A stretch of 64,000 nucleotides of DNA from an uncultured SAR86 cluster bacterium (GCA_902525635.1 CABZHV010000001.1:4640-68639), one strand, 5' to 3'; positions 50,393-61,995 are shown, counted from the stretch's first letter. Numbers and translations: made by a program. Notes: generated by a model from the sequence alone, not told the origin.

Positions 50393-51402
50393 ATTTCAAT
50401 AATTTGTTTTCCAAAATTTTTTCCACTCAAAACATCCCTTAATGCTTGCGGTGCATTTTCAAATCCTTTTGTAATTGTTTCTTTAAATTTAATTTTATCT
50501 TCTTGAACTAATTTTAAGATTTCTTTAGTTGCATGCTCCCACTCATTCATCCATTCAGTTACAACAAAAAATCTATGTTCAGGTTTTGGTTTTATTTTAC
50601 CAAAGACATGAAAGGGCGTTTCAACTTTTAGCATATCTTCAGCATTATATTGAGAAATAAACCCACAAATAGGAACTCTAGATCCTTTGTTAAGAAGTGG
50701 AGCAATAGCTCTGGAGACTTCACCTCCAACATTTTCAAAGTATATATCGATACCATTTGGACAGACATCTTTTAGAGCATGTTTAAGGTTTCCTGTTTTA
50801 TAATCTAAACAGTCATCAAATTTAAGAACATCTTTTACAAATGAGCACTTTTCTGACCCACCAGCAATACCAATAACTTTGCATCCATATATTTTACCAA
50901 GTTGACCTACAACAGCACCAACGGCACCTGAAGCTGCTGAAACAACCAATGTTTCACCATGCTTAGGTTTACCAACCCGGTTCAGTCCAAAATATGCAGT
51001 TCTTCCTGGCATTCCAAGTGTCCCTAAAAATGCTGAAAGATTAATATTAGTTTCAGGCACTTTAAATATTGCTGGATCAGTATCCTTAACCTTTATAAAT
51101 GTCTGCCAGCCCTTGTGTGCACAAACTAAGTCACCAACATTGAATAGTTTAGAGTTACTTATAATTACCTCGCCAGCAGTTTCGCCTGTCATAGGCTCAC
51201 CAATTTTTGCAGGGGCAGCGTAAGATCTAGAATCGTTCATTCTGCCCCGCATATATGGGTCAATAGATAGATAATTAACTTTAACCAAAATTTCATTATT
51301 TTGAAGTGATGAAATTTTTTCTTCATTCATTTTCCAACAGTTATCTTCAGGCATTCCAGTTGGTCTTTTATCCAGTAATAATTGTCTATTTACGTATTCC
51401 AT
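50389..51402 (-). CDS. NADP-dependent oxidoreductase (CurA/prostaglandin reductase-like MDR)
   Basis: LSIDPYMRGRM, GMPGRTAYFG, AASGAVG, YFENVGG, NFGK. Confidence 0.92.
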   Translation of the reverse strand: MEYVNRQLLLDKRPTGMPEDNCWKMNEEKISSLQNNEILVKVNYLSIDPYMRGRMNDSRSYAAPAKIGEPMTGETAGEVIISNSKLFNVGDLVCAHKGWQTFIKVKDTDPAIFKVPETNINLSAFLGTLGMPGRTAYFGLNRVGKPKHGETLVVSAASGAVGAVVGQLGKIYGCKVIGIAGGSEKCSFVKDVLKFDDCLDYKTGNLKHALKDVCPNGIDIYFENVGGEVSRAIAPLLNKGSRVPICGFISQYNAEDMLKVETPFHVFGKIKPKPEHRFFVVTEWMNEWEHATKEILKLVQEDKIKFKETITKGFENAPQALRDVLSGKNFGKQIIEI

Positions 51403-51412
51403 ATAATTCCCA

Positions 51413-51994
51413 TTAAACTAATTTTGTTAACTCTCTAAAGTGCTTTCTACATACTGTCTTGTATATTTCATTTCCACCAATAAGAACTTTCTCTCCTTCA
51501 AGTAAAACTTTACCATTTTTATCTAACCTTACTACCATGGTTGCTTTTTTATCACACATGCTACAAATTGTTTTAAGTTCTTTTAAATTATCAGCTAGAG
51601 CTAACAACTCCTGACTTCCCTCAAATAATTTTCCTTGAAAATCTGTTCTAATGCCATAGCACATAACAGGTATATTTAATTCGTCTGCAATTTTTCCTAA
51701 GCTATGAACTTGATTCTGTGTAATGAATTGAGCCTCATCAACAAAGATACAACTTATATTTTTAAAATTGTTTTTTTTGATTTCTTCATAAAAATCATAT
51801 TTATCATTAATAACAGTTGCATCTGCGTTTAAACCAATTCTAGAAATAATTTTTCCATTTGATTTATTTCCTATTTGTTCCGGAATGAATAACAATGTAT
51901 TTAAATTACTCTCAAGATAATTATGATTTGATTGAAGGAGGGCTGTTGACTTACCAGCATTCATTGTTGAATAAAAGAAATGAAGTTTTGCCAT
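51413..51994 (-). CDS. tdk: Thymidine kinase
   Basis: MNAGKST, VDEAQF, YGIRTDF, C..C and CRKHF. Confidence 0.96.
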   Translation of the reverse strand: MAKLHFFYSTMNAGKSTALLQSNHNYLESNLNTLLFIPEQIGNKSNGKIISRIGLNADATVINDKYDFYEEIKKNNFKNISCIFVDEAQFITQNQVHSLGKIADELNIPVMCYGIRTDFQGKLFEGSQELLALADNLKELKTICSMCDKKATMVVRLDKNGKVLLEGEKVLIGGNEIYKTVCRKHFRELTKLV

Positions 51995-52030
51995 ATCATT
52001 ATTATATAACTTTAATTAGAATCCTTCTTT

Positions 52031-52264
52031 ATGAATATTTTTGAAGAGAGAGGAATAACTCATCTAGATTTACATGGAGTTAGGCATGATGATGTACATG
52101 ATGAAATATTAGATTTTATATACCAATATCAACAAATGATTCCATTGATCATTATTTGTGGTAACTCTAATAGAATGATAGAAATTGTTGAAAATTCACT
52201 TAAATCAAAGTCTGTAATGTTCTCAAAGCCAAGATTTGGTATTATTAGAGTCGAAAAATTATGA
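52031..52264 (+). CDS. Stand-alone Smr-like small protein
   Basis: LDLHG motif followed by LIIICG; ATGA overlap with the next gene. Confidence 0.6.
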   Translation: MNIFEERGITHLDLHGVRHDDVHDEILDFIYQYQQMIPLIIICGNSNRMIEIVENSLKSKSVMFSKPRFGIIRVEKL

Positions 52265-53418
52265 GTAAATTAGATATCTTACTATTCGATGAGCAACTGT
52301 CCGAAGAAGAGCTGATTATAAAAAGATCTGCAAGAGATTATTGTCAATCTGAATTGATGCCAAGAATAATAGAGGCAAATCGTAATGAAATTTTTGATAA
52401 ATCTATTTATAAAGAAATGGGCAGGCTTGGTTTTTTAGGAGCTCCTATTAAAGGTTATGGATGTGCAGGCACAAATTACGTTTCTTATGGTTTAATTGCA
52501 AGAGAGATAGAAAGTATTGATTCTAGTTACAGATCGGCTTTTAGTGTTCAAACCTCACTTGCTATGCATGCTATCTATAAGTTTGGCTCAGAAGATCAAA
52601 AAAATTTTTATTTACCTGTTATGGCGACTGGTGAAAAAATTGGATGTTTTGGTCTTACAGAGGCTGATGCTGGTTCAGATCCTGCATCTATGAGAACAAA
52701 GGCTATTGAAAAAGATGGAGAGTATATTTTAAATGGCTCTAAAAACTGGATTACAAATTCACCAATTGCTGATGTATTTATAATTTGGGCTAAAGACGAG
52801 CAGGGGATTCTAAGAGGGTTTATAGTCGATAGAGATTCAGCAGGATTATCTACACCTAAAATAGAGGGTAAATTTGCTCTAAGAGCATCAGAAACTGGTC
52901 AAATTTTTTTAGAGGATGTTCATGTTCCCAAAGAAAAAATGCTTCCAAATGTTCAAAGTTTTAAAGGGCCGTTTTCTTGTTTGAATATGGCAAGATACGG
53001 AATTGCCTGGGGCGCGATGGGAGCAGCTGAATTTTGTTGGGAAGCAAGTCTAAATTACTCATTAGAAAGAGTGCAGTTTGGAAAACCTTTGGCAGCAAAG
53101 CAATTGGTTCAAAAAAAATTAGCTGATATGCAAACAGAAATTACATTGGGACTTCAATCAGTTCTTCGACTTGGACGCATAATTGATGATGAAAAAATGA
53201 AACCAGAAATGATTTCTTTATTGAAAAGAAATAATTGTCAAAAAGCTTTAGACATTGCTAGAGTTGCAAGAGATATTCATGGAGGTAATGGTATATCGGA
53301 TGAGTACCATGTAATGAGACATTCTATGAATCTTGAGGCAGTAAATACTTACGAAGGTACTTCAGATATTCATGGCTTGATTTTAGGCAAAGCCCAAACA
53401 AACCATGAATCTTTTTAG
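52261..53418 (+). CDS. gcdH: Glutaryl-CoA dehydrogenase
   Basis: [38 protein letters not shown]. Confidence 0.92.
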   Translation: MSKLDILLFDEQLSEEELIIKRSARDYCQSELMPRIIEANRNEIFDKSIYKEMGRLGFLGAPIKGYGCAGTNYVSYGLIAREIESIDSSYRSAFSVQTSLAMHAIYKFGSEDQKNFYLPVMATGEKIGCFGLTEADAGSDPASMRTKAIEKDGEYILNGSKNWITNSPIADVFIIWAKDEQGILRGFIVDRDSAGLSTPKIEGKFALRASETGQIFLEDVHVPKEKMLPNVQSFKGPFSCLNMARYGIAWGAMGAAEFCWEASLNYSLERVQFGKPLAAKQLVQKKLADMQTEITLGLQSVLRLGRIIDDEKMKPEMISLLKRNNCQKALDIARVARDIHGGNGISDEYHVMRHSMNLEAVNTYEGTSDIHGLILGKAQTNHESF

Positions 53419-53422
53419 TCAA

Positions 53423-55486
53423 TTAATTTTCTAAATATTTCTCTAAAAATTCTTCCTGAATATCAAAATATTCCAGAGTAGCAAGTTCGCCATAGCATTT
53501 TACACAGTGACCTTCATGAGCTTGAAACATTGACATATATGTTTTGCCTTCTCTTTCAAGTTTTCTTATAAGTTCTCTTGCATGCTCAGGTGGAACGATT
53601 CTGTCATTTGTTCCTTGAAGAACTAGAACAGGAGCTTTTATATTTGAAACGTAAAGACTTGGAGATGTTTCTTCTGCATATTTTTTACCGTCTTCTGAAG
53701 AGAGATTTCCCCACTCAAGTTTTGCTTCATCTTCCCAGCTATTAAAGACACTTGATTTACTTGTATAGTTTTCTAACAGTTTTTGTTGATTTACAACTCC
53801 AACTGAATTAATACCACATCTGTAAAGATCTGGTGTAAAAGTAAGACCAGCCATGGTTGCATATCCCCCATAACTTGCACCTGCAATACAAACTCTATCT
53901 TCATCTGCATAACCATTTTCGATGGCCCAAAGAACTCCATCAGTAATATCGTCCTGCATTTTTTTGCCCCATTGAGTATTTCCTAAAACATAATGTTTAG
54001 TGCCAAGACCTGTTGAGCCTCTGAAGTCCATTTTTAAAACGTTGTAACCTTTATTAGCAAAAAATTGTGTCCACCAATCAAAACCAATTCTCTGTTTTGT
54101 ATTTGGACCACCATGAGGAAGAACAATCATATAATTCCGTTCAGTTTTCTTTTTTGTTAATGTTAGGTAAGCTGGTATGACAAGCCCATCTCTTGCAGTA
54201 TATTTTACAGGAATGGTCTCAGCCATTATTTTTCTGTCAATCCACGGTGCGTAATTATAAAGGGGAATTATTTGTGCAGTTTCTCTATTATAAAAATAAT
54301 AATCACCTGGATTTGAGGGGCTAGAAACTCTAATAACCATTTTATTTCTGTCTTTGTCTCTAGTTACAGGTGTTACCCATTCTCCTGGAAAAACTGACTC
54401 TAAACCATTATAGATTTCTGCGATTTCTTCATCAAAAAATATATTTACTGGTTCTTGTGCCTCATATGTAACATATAGTAACTCTCTAGTGTCATAATCT
54501 ACGCCTGCAGATCCTGATGCATTTCTGCAGGTACCAGTAAACCCACCTACATCGTAATTTGGATCTTGATAAAGTTTCTCACTGAATTCTCTAGTTTTTG
54601 GATCGTACAAATATAATGCATTTGTATCGTTATATTCTACAAGCTCACCAGTTGGTGAGAATTTTGAACCTGTTACAAGCCAGCCTTCATTTGTAGCAGC
54701 AATTGGGGTAAAAGAAGGCTGCTGGCACGTAAAGCGAATATGCTCAGACCATTCTTTAGTATCTTTATCATATGTATATATAACTCTATCGAGACTTTCA
54801 TCGACCAATGTTGCAATCGGATAACCATCTTGATCTCTGTAAGTACCATAAACTCTGTCACCTTTAGCATCATTAGGAACAAAACCGATTGCCAAAAGTT
54901 TTTTCTTTCCAGTAAAAATATTCATTTTGTAAAAGTCGTTTCTGAAAGCTCTTCTCTCATTGGACGAGACAATTACGTTATCTTCGTCTGCATCAAGTCT
55001 GTCAACAACACTTATTCCAGTCCAACTGCCTTGACCACCTTTCATTTCATCTTTGCCTATAATTTTTCTTTTGGAGCCATCAACATTTACTGCAAAAGTA
55101 ACAAGAGAGTTCATATTTCTTCCCTTAGCATTTGTAAGACCCGGTCTATAAATAAACCTATCATCAGAAACCCACTGGAAACCATATATACTTCTTTCAC
55201 CAACGCCATCGCTAAATACTCTGGATTGCATAGTTTCTAAGTCAATAAAGGTTAGAGATTGATATGCAAATGAATCTTCAACACGTTTGACCTTATCTTG
55301 TTCTATGTCACAGACATCTTCTCTTGGTGCTCTCATAATTGCTAAATATTTTCCATTTGGAGATATTGAAAAAGAGGGCGTATCACCTAGGCATGACCAT
55401 ACTTCGTTTGGAAGTTCGTAAAATTCATCTGAAGTGACATGGAATGAAAATATTAATAAAGAAGAAACAGCTATATTTTTAAACAT
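53423..55486 (-). CDS. Secreted S9 (prolyl oligopeptidase family) peptidase
   Basis: Signal peptide, PHGGP, GASYGGY, GTNDRIV, EGH. Confidence 0.92.
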   Translation of the reverse strand: MFKNIAVSSLLIFSFHVTSDEFYELPNEVWSCLGDTPSFSISPNGKYLAIMRAPREDVCDIEQDKVKRVEDSFAYQSLTFIDLETMQSRVFSDGVGERSIYGFQWVSDDRFIYRPGLTNAKGRNMNSLVTFAVNVDGSKRKIIGKDEMKGGQGSWTGISVVDRLDADEDNVIVSSNERRAFRNDFYKMNIFTGKKKLLAIGFVPNDAKGDRVYGTYRDQDGYPIATLVDESLDRVIYTYDKDTKEWSEHIRFTCQQPSFTPIAATNEGWLVTGSKFSPTGELVEYNDTNALYLYDPKTREFSEKLYQDPNYDVGGFTGTCRNASGSAGVDYDTRELLYVTYEAQEPVNIFFDEEIAEIYNGLESVFPGEWVTPVTRDKDRNKMVIRVSSPSNPGDYYFYNRETAQIIPLYNYAPWIDRKIMAETIPVKYTARDGLVIPAYLTLTKKKTERNYMIVLPHGGPNTKQRIGFDWWTQFFANKGYNVLKMDFRGSTGLGTKHYVLGNTQWGKKMQDDITDGVLWAIENGYADEDRVCIAGASYGGYATMAGLTFTPDLYRCGINSVGVVNQQKLLENYTSKSSVFNSWEDEAKLEWGNLSSEDGKKYAEETSPSLYVSNIKAPVLVLQGTNDRIVPPEHARELIRKLEREGKTYMSMFQAHEGHCVKCYGELATLEYFDIQEEFLEKYLEN

Positions 55487-55768
55487 ACTTTTACCTTTCG
55501 TTTGTATATGGATTAATTATTTACACTTATGTACAAATATAATTAAGACATATAATAAATTCTTAACATAAATTAATCAAAGGTATTTAATTAAAAAAGA
55601 TCAATTTTTTATACATATTTTGAATAAAAAAATGATTAACAGAGTGTAGTGAGCTAAATTATTTACGTTAAAACTTGATTTATAATAGCATTTGGTTACT
55701 ATTTACATTGGATATTTAAATATTTAGCGCTTAAATGAAATATATGCGCATTTTTACGGGGAAAACTT

Positions 55769-58700
55769 ATGAATAATAAGCTATTTTTTACTTTAATTTT
55801 TGCATTCACACTTTCATTGAATGTATTTTCTGATAATCCAGGTGATGAAGTTGTTTCAGAACCAGTTGCTGAAGAAGAATCATCTGAAACTGTTGTTGCA
55901 AGTGAGGATACATCTTCTGATGATGAAGCTCCAGCACCTGAAACTACCTCAGATGATGATGAGGTTGTAACACTTCAAAAAGTAGTTGTGACAGGTTCAA
56001 GGATTAAAAGAACAGATGTTCAAGGAGCGCTTCCAACAATTGTTATAACAAAGGAAGATATTGATGCATCAGGTTTTAGAAGTGTAACTGAAGCACTTCA
56101 GTCATTACCCCAAGCAAACGCTTACAGACAAGATGAACAAAACGTAAACACGTTTACCCCAAATGCTAACGAAATTGATTTAAGAAGAATTGGTCCAGGT
56201 AGAGTTTTATACCTTATTAACGGTAGAAGAACTGCTGATTATCCACTTCCTTACAACAATGCTTCAAACTTTGTTAACACCGGCACAGTTCCCCGTGGCT
56301 TAGTTGACAGAATTGAAGTTGTATCACAAGGTTCATCTGCTATTTACGGTTCTGATGCAGTTACAGGAGTTATAAATATTATTACTACAACTGGTAAAGA
56401 CTTCTCTGAGCTTGAAGCTAATGTATCTGTTACAGAGCATGGTAATGACATGATAAGCAGTTTAACTTTTTCAACTGGTGGTTTTACAGAAAGCTCTAGT
56501 TGGACAGTTGGTCTTGACCTTACACAAGTTGATCCTATGTACCTGGGTGATAGAGAAGGTTTTGATGATTGGACAGATGGTCCTGATTACTCAACCACAT
56601 ATATGAATCCTCGGTGGGGTGCAGCAGTTCAAATGGCTGGTTTTGGTGCAGATACTGCAACCTATAGACCCTCTGATTTTGGAGGTTTTGCATGTGATTC
56701 TCAAGAATTATCTGGTGGAGTGTTTAGAGACTTTAGTAGAGATAAACCAGAAGTTTATGGTGTAACAAATTATCCTGGTTCTTACCAAGGCTATGCATGT
56801 ATGTATGGTAGAGGCGCCAATGGTGGTGACACACAGACAATTGTTAACGAAAGAGAAGACGTTACAGTAATGGGTACTTTCACTCATAACTTTGATAATG
56901 GTGTTCAAATGGATGCTAGAGTTTTCTATTATGAAGATACTGCATATCTAAGAAGCAACGTCTCAAGATATGTATCAATGGGTAGTTTTTTAGATCCAGT
57001 AGGTATACTAAGTACCGTTATACCAAATGATCTTGTTCCAATTCAATTTGGTCAGCAGATTGTCTATTCATTAAGATATTTCACTCCAGCAATGGGTGAA
57101 GCTTTTGAATCAAAAAGTGATTACACTGAAGATGTTACTGATATTTTTATGGGATTTAGTGGAGTATTTGATAATGGTTTTGAATGGCAAGCAGGTGTCA
57201 ATGCAACAGAATACAACGCTAATATAACTAGAAGAACGCTTACATCTGGTATTAGGGATTACATTGCAGGTGTTGGAACCGTTTGTACAGATTCAATAAG
57301 AGCTGATGGACTTTGCTACGGCTCATACTATGCTTATAACTTTGGACCTGCATATGAATCTTTAGATGCTGATTATCCATGCGGATATGGTGTCTTCTTT
57401 GGAAGATCAAATTGTTGGGATCCAAATAGAATGTATGGTGCACTATCCGAAGAGACATTTGACGGTTGGTTAGCTGACGATAGTACAGCTTCTGCTTCTG
57501 AACAAATGCTCGTTGATTTCACAATGAATGGTGAGGTTGGCGACATCAAAGGAGCTCCAATTGGATTTGCGCTTCATTTAGAATATCAAACGCAAGAGTA
57601 TTTCATTACTCCTTCAGAAGGAAGATTAGATGATGAGCAATTTGGTGGAGATAATGCAATTGACTTTATTCAAGGTTCTACCAGATATGGTGGTGGTGAT
57701 AGAGAAAGATATTCTGTTGGTCTTGAGTTTAGTCTTCCATTAGCCGATAACATTGAAATGGGTATTGCAACAAGATATGACAAATATGATGATGATTCTT
57801 CTAACGTTGGTGGAAAAGTATCATCAATGGCAAATATCGCATATAGACCAACAGAAGATATTCTTTTAAGAGCTTCGGTATCACAATCCTTTAGGGCTCC
57901 TGATATGCATAGAGTTTATGCTGGATCATCTTCAGCTTTCTACGGTGGCATCACCGATGGTCCTCTATGCTTTGTTGAGACTTCCTTTGGTAATGTACCA
58001 GGTGCTCAGCAATTGAGTGGTGCATATAATTTCTGTGGCGCTACATATACTCAAACTAGAAGAGGTTTCTCAGGTGGTAATACTGAGTTATATGAAGAAG
58101 AAGGAACAAACTATAGTTTTGGTATAGTTACAGAACTTGCTGAAAATGTTTCTTTCCAATGGGATGCTTATCAAATGGTTCTTGAAGAAGCTGTTAGATC
58201 AGGAAGTTATCAAGAACTTGTTCATCAACAAGGTGTATGTTTATACGGTGATGATTATTTGACATTCTACGGTGGTAACTTACCTCCAGCTGACTGTAGT
58301 CAGGTCTCTGAATTATTAGTCCGTGGGCCTACAACAGATCCATTAACAGGAGCTGTTTCAGAATTAGGACCAATTGTTTCAGGTACTATGTATCCGTATA
58401 ACCAAACAAAACTTGAGTTTATTGGTCATGACTCATATTTAACTTGGACAAAAGAAACAGAAAATGCTGGTGACTTTAGAGTTTCTGTAGCCTCATCAAC
58501 AATTGTTAGAGTTAATAGACAAGAGTATGCAAGTGCAGCAGAAGTTGATTTACTTGAATATTTCATCTATGAGCCAAGATCACAACAAAACGTTACTGTG
58601 AGTTGGTCTAGAGAAGATCAAAGCTTAGCTTTATTTGCTGATAGGCTCGGTCACATGAATATGTATAGAGGTGAAGTAAGTGATCCTCACATAACATATA

Positions 58701-58873
58701 ACTTATCCTACGGTTATGATTACAGCCCAGATATAAATTTATATCTTAGTGTAAGAAACTTGACTGATGTTATGCCTCAAAAAGATGGTGGTTTTGGATA
58801 TCCATACTATTATCAAGGTGTATTTAGTGTATTTGGTAGATACGTCAGCGCTGGATTTAATTACAGATTCTAA
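55769..58873 (+). CDS. TonB-dependent receptor (1034 aa)
   Basis: Signal peptide, acidic linker, KVVVTGSRIKR, LINGRR, SAIYGSDAVTGVINII, C-terminal YRF. Confidence 0.95.
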   Translation: MNNKLFFTLIFAFTLSLNVFSDNPGDEVVSEPVAEEESSETVVASEDTSSDDEAPAPETTSDDDEVVTLQKVVVTGSRIKRTDVQGALPTIVITKEDIDASGFRSVTEALQSLPQANAYRQDEQNVNTFTPNANEIDLRRIGPGRVLYLINGRRTADYPLPYNNASNFVNTGTVPRGLVDRIEVVSQGSSAIYGSDAVTGVINIITTTGKDFSELEANVSVTEHGNDMISSLTFSTGGFTESSSWTVGLDLTQVDPMYLGDREGFDDWTDGPDYSTTYMNPRWGAAVQMAGFGADTATYRPSDFGGFACDSQELSGGVFRDFSRDKPEVYGVTNYPGSYQGYACMYGRGANGGDTQTIVNEREDVTVMGTFTHNFDNGVQMDARVFYYEDTAYLRSNVSRYVSMGSFLDPVGILSTVIPNDLVPIQFGQQIVYSLRYFTPAMGEAFESKSDYTEDVTDIFMGFSGVFDNGFEWQAGVNATEYNANITRRTLTSGIRDYIAGVGTVCTDSIRADGLCYGSYYAYNFGPAYESLDADYPCGYGVFFGRSNCWDPNRMYGALSEETFDGWLADDSTASASEQMLVDFTMNGEVGDIKGAPIGFALHLEYQTQEYFITPSEGRLDDEQFGGDNAIDFIQGSTRYGGGDRERYSVGLEFSLPLADNIEMGIATRYDKYDDDSSNVGGKVSSMANIAYRPTEDILLRASVSQSFRAPDMHRVYAGSSSAFYGGITDGPLCFVETSFGNVPGAQQLSGAYNFCGATYTQTRRGFSGGNTELYEEEGTNYSFGIVTELAENVSFQWDAYQMVLEEAVRSGSYQELVHQQGVCLYGDDYLTFYGGNLPPADCSQVSELLVRGPTTDPLTGAVSELGPIVSGTMYPYNQTKLEFIGHDSYLTWTKETENAGDFRVSVASSTIVRVNRQEYASAAEVDLLEYFIYEPRSQQNVTVSWSREDQSLALFADRLGHMNMYRGEVSDPHITYNLSYGYDYSPDINLYLSVRNLTDVMPQKDGGFGYPYYYQGVFSVFGRYVSAGFNYRF

Positions 58874-58888
58874 TTTAGGTTAGTAAAT

Positions 58889-58918
58889 AAAACACCCGCT
58901 TTAAGCGGGTGTTTTTTT
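58889..58918 (+). terminator. Rho-independent terminator
   Basis: AAAACACCCGCT-TTA-AGCGGGTGTTTTTTT. Confidence 0.92.
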
Positions 58919-58996
58919 AGGGCTTTAAAATTTTACATTTAACACAATATATAACTAATACCAAAATAATATATACAAATCATTTATAATTGCACA

Positions 58997-59752
58997 ATGA
59001 GAACACCTTCATACTTCTATATATTTTCCGCAATCTTTTCAGTAAATCTTTACAGCCAAGAGATAGTTGATGAAACTTTAAATACTCAGGTAGATGCAAA
59101 CATTCCTGGAGTTGTTGCTCAAAAAGAAATAGATAATTTAGATGAGCAGGCCAAACTACTTTATTATGAATTTAAAGATACTGTAAGTGAGTATGAAGGT
59201 CTCAAAAGATACGATGATCAGCTTGAAAAAATAGTTTTTTCTCAAGAAGATGAAATTAAGGACATTCTAAGACAAATCGATTCTCTTGATAATGTAAACA
59301 AAGAGATATTACCTTTTTTAAAAGAAACTGTTGATTCTCTGAGAAAATTTATAAACCTAGACATGCCTTTTCTTAAAGAAAGCAGAATCTTAAGAATAGA
59401 TGAACTTGATTCAATAATATTGCAATCAAATGTAACAACTGCTGAAAAATTTAGAAAGGTTTTTGAAGCATATCAACTAGAAGCTGCATTTGGTAATACA
59501 ATTGAAACATATCCAGGTTTTATAGATCTTGATGATCAAACTATTACTGTTGATTACTTCAGAATTGGCAGGCTTGGTTGGTATTACAGAAGTGCTAATG
59601 GAAGAGAAACAGGATATTGGGATAAGTTTAATGAGATGTGGGTTCATACTAATGGCAAATTAGATGATGAAATTAAACTTGCCCTAGATATAGCAAATCG
59701 ACAAACTCCACCCAATTTTATAAACCTCCCAGTTCAACCGGTTGAGAAGTGA
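58997..59752 (+). CDS. DUF3450 family protein (TtpB-like)
   Basis: Signal peptide, DMPF...R, EKFRKVFEAY..E, RIGR; first gene of the TonB2-type operon. Confidence 0.85.
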   Translation: MRTPSYFYIFSAIFSVNLYSQEIVDETLNTQVDANIPGVVAQKEIDNLDEQAKLLYYEFKDTVSEYEGLKRYDDQLEKIVFSQEDEIKDILRQIDSLDNVNKEILPFLKETVDSLRKFINLDMPFLKESRILRIDELDSIILQSNVTTAEKFRKVFEAYQLEAAFGNTIETYPGFIDLDDQTITVDYFRIGRLGWYYRSANGRETGYWDKFNEMWVHTNGKLDDEIKLALDIANRQTPPNFINLPVQPVEK

Positions 59753-59753
59753 A

Positions 59754-61082
59754 ATGAGTATTAGATTAATTGCAATTTTATTATCTCTACCATTTTTTGT
59801 CTTAGCCCAAGAAAATGAAACAGAAGAAGTTCCAATACCTATCGAAGAACAAAGAAATAATAAAATAAAAGCCCTGCTTGATGTTGTTAAAGAAAATAAA
59901 TCTATATATGTACAAAAAGATCAAGTGAGAGTAAAAAACTTTATCGATCTTGTTGATGAGAGAGAATCAATGCTCACAAAAGCTAAACAAGATTTAGCTA
60001 ATGAAAAACTCAGGAATGAAAGACTTGAGGCAAGATTTGAAGCAAACGAGAAACAGTTAGCAGAGCTCGAAGAATCATTACAAATTAAAATTGGTGTTCT
60101 TGGAGAGCTTTTTGGAGTAACAAGACAATTTGCAGGAGAACTTTTATCCTCAACTGAAAGTGCTGTTACATTTACAGAATTTCCTAATAGAGGCAACATC
60201 TTAAGAGACATAGGCGAAACTCAAGTTCATAACTTAGAACAACTTCAAAATCTGTGGATTAGTTACTTAGACGAAATAGTATCCTCTGGTGAAGTAAAGA
60301 CTATCGATGTAAATATTATTGATAAAAATGGAGAGTCTATTACTGGTGAAGTTATAAGATATGGACATTTCAATACCACTTATAAAAGCAAATTTGTTAC
60401 ACCTGTTCCAGAATTAAACGGCTTTGAATTATTACAAAGACAACCTGAAAGAGAAATTTTAAGAAATATTAGAAAGCATCAAAGAAGTGATGATTACAGA
60501 ATGACGTCAATGGATCCAACTCGAGGGTTTTTATTGTCACTTTACCTAGATAAACCAGGTTGGATAGATAGAATTGCTCAGGGTAAATCTATTGGATTTA
60601 TAATTATTTTAATTGGAATCAGTGGTTTTATATTCTCAGTTTACAAAATATACCAACTTCGCATACAAGAAAAAGATATTGTAGCTGATGATGCAAAAGT
60701 AAAAATTGAAATGGAAAACAGCATTAGAAATACTGCCAGTTATGAATCAAAAGAAAATATATTAGATGAGTTTATAATTAACTACACAGGTAAGTTAGAA
60801 TGGGGAGCAAATTGGGTCAAATTCTTTGCTGCTGTGGCGCCACTTCTTGGTCTATTAGGTACGGTTATTGGTATGATTGAAACTTTCCAAGCTATAACAC
60901 TGTTTGGTACTGGCGATCCAAAGCAAATGGCTGGTGGTATATCGCAAGCACTTGTAACTACAATGTTGGGTTTGATTGTTGCTGCACCTTTACTGGGCTT
61001 GTATACATATATCTCTCAAAAAGTTTCTAATTTGTCTCAAGTATTAGAAGAAAAAGCATCATATCTACTTGCTAGGGATTAG
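59754..61082 (+). CDS. Long ExbB/TolQ-family protein (TtpC-like)
   Basis: Periplasmic coiled coil, DPTRG, APLLGLLGTV.GMI, MAGGISQALVTT. Confidence 0.9.
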   Translation: MSIRLIAILLSLPFFVLAQENETEEVPIPIEEQRNNKIKALLDVVKENKSIYVQKDQVRVKNFIDLVDERESMLTKAKQDLANEKLRNERLEARFEANEKQLAELEESLQIKIGVLGELFGVTRQFAGELLSSTESAVTFTEFPNRGNILRDIGETQVHNLEQLQNLWISYLDEIVSSGEVKTIDVNIIDKNGESITGEVIRYGHFNTTYKSKFVTPVPELNGFELLQRQPEREILRNIRKHQRSDDYRMTSMDPTRGFLLSLYLDKPGWIDRIAQGKSIGFIIILIGISGFIFSVYKIYQLRIQEKDIVADDAKVKIEMENSIRNTASYESKENILDEFIINYTGKLEWGANWVKFFAAVAPLLGLLGTVIGMIETFQAITLFGTGDPKQMAGGISQALVTTMLGLIVAAPLLGLYTYISQKVSNLSQVLEEKASYLLARD

Positions 61083-61084
61083 TT

Positions 61085-61594
61085 ATGCTGGATGAACTAT
61101 TTATTAGAGGTGGCCCAGTTTTATACCTGCTATTCGGATTAACTTTATTAATATTCATATTGTTAGTTGATAAATATTTATTTATATTTGTTCAAAGTAA
61201 ATCTTGGGTTAATAAAAAGTTTGTTGATTTTTTAAACTCTAACCCACCTGATTCAACAAAATATAAATTTGTAGAAGCTACACTAATCTCTAACGTGAAA
61301 AGAAAAACAGCATCTAATATTAAGTTTCTGGATGGTCTGATAGGTATGACTCCTATGATAGGATTACTTGGCACGGTCTATGGAATGATCGAAGTTTTTG
61401 AGGTTTTATCATTTATGGGTACTGGTAACCCTAGAGCAATGTCATCTGGAGTGGCTAAAGCCACAATTCCAACAATGGCAGGTATGGTGATCTCACTATT
61501 TGGACTTTACTTTAGACAAGATCTAAATCAACGTATGGATAAAATAGTAATTAATTTGCGAGAATCTTTGAAAACTGAAGGTTATCAACTATGA
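61085..61594 (+). CDS. exbB: ExbB (MotA/TolQ family)
   Basis: PMIGLLGTVYGMI, GVAKATIPTMAG. Confidence 0.88.
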   Translation: MLDELFIRGGPVLYLLFGLTLLIFILLVDKYLFIFVQSKSWVNKKFVDFLNSNPPDSTKYKFVEATLISNVKRKTASNIKFLDGLIGMTPMIGLLGTVYGMIEVFEVLSFMGTGNPRAMSSGVAKATIPTMAGMVISLFGLYFRQDLNQRMDKIVINLRESLKTEGYQL

Positions 61595-61995
61595 GAAGAA
61601 AAAGAAAAAATATTTCAGATGAGAATCCTTTAGATTTAACTCCAATGATGGATATAGTTTTCATCATGCTTATTTTCTTTATTGTGACCACATCATTTGT
61701 TAAAGAGACTGGAGTCGATATTAGTAGACCAAATGCTGAAACTGCAGAAAGAGATGAAAAAGGTAATATTTTAGTTGCAATTACAGAAAATAATGAAATT
61801 TGGATTGATAAGAGAAGAGTTGATCTTAAGGCAGTTAGAGCAAATATAGAAAGATTAAAAATCGAATATCCAGAAGGATCTGTGATAATTCAAGCTGACA
61901 CATTATCTAAGTCAGGCTTGTTAGTTGAAACAATGGATCAGATTAGGCTTGCTGGAATTCAAAATATTTCAATTGCAGCAAAAAATGATAGCTAA
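61591..61995 (+). CDS. exbD: ExbD
   Basis: LTPMMDIVFIMLIFFIVTTSF, IQAD. Confidence 0.93.
   Translation: MRRKRKNISDENPLDLTPMMDIVFIMLIFFIVTTSFVKETGVDISRPNAETAERDEKGNILVAITENNEIWIDKRRVDLKAVRANIERLKIEYPEGSVIIQADTLSKSGLLVETMDQIRLAGIQNISIAAKNDS

Noticed and set aside
54740-55240. 166-aa plus-strand ORF
   Set aside because: It lies entirely antisense within the S9 peptidase and has no motif. The other short nested ORFs in the track were rejected for the same reason.
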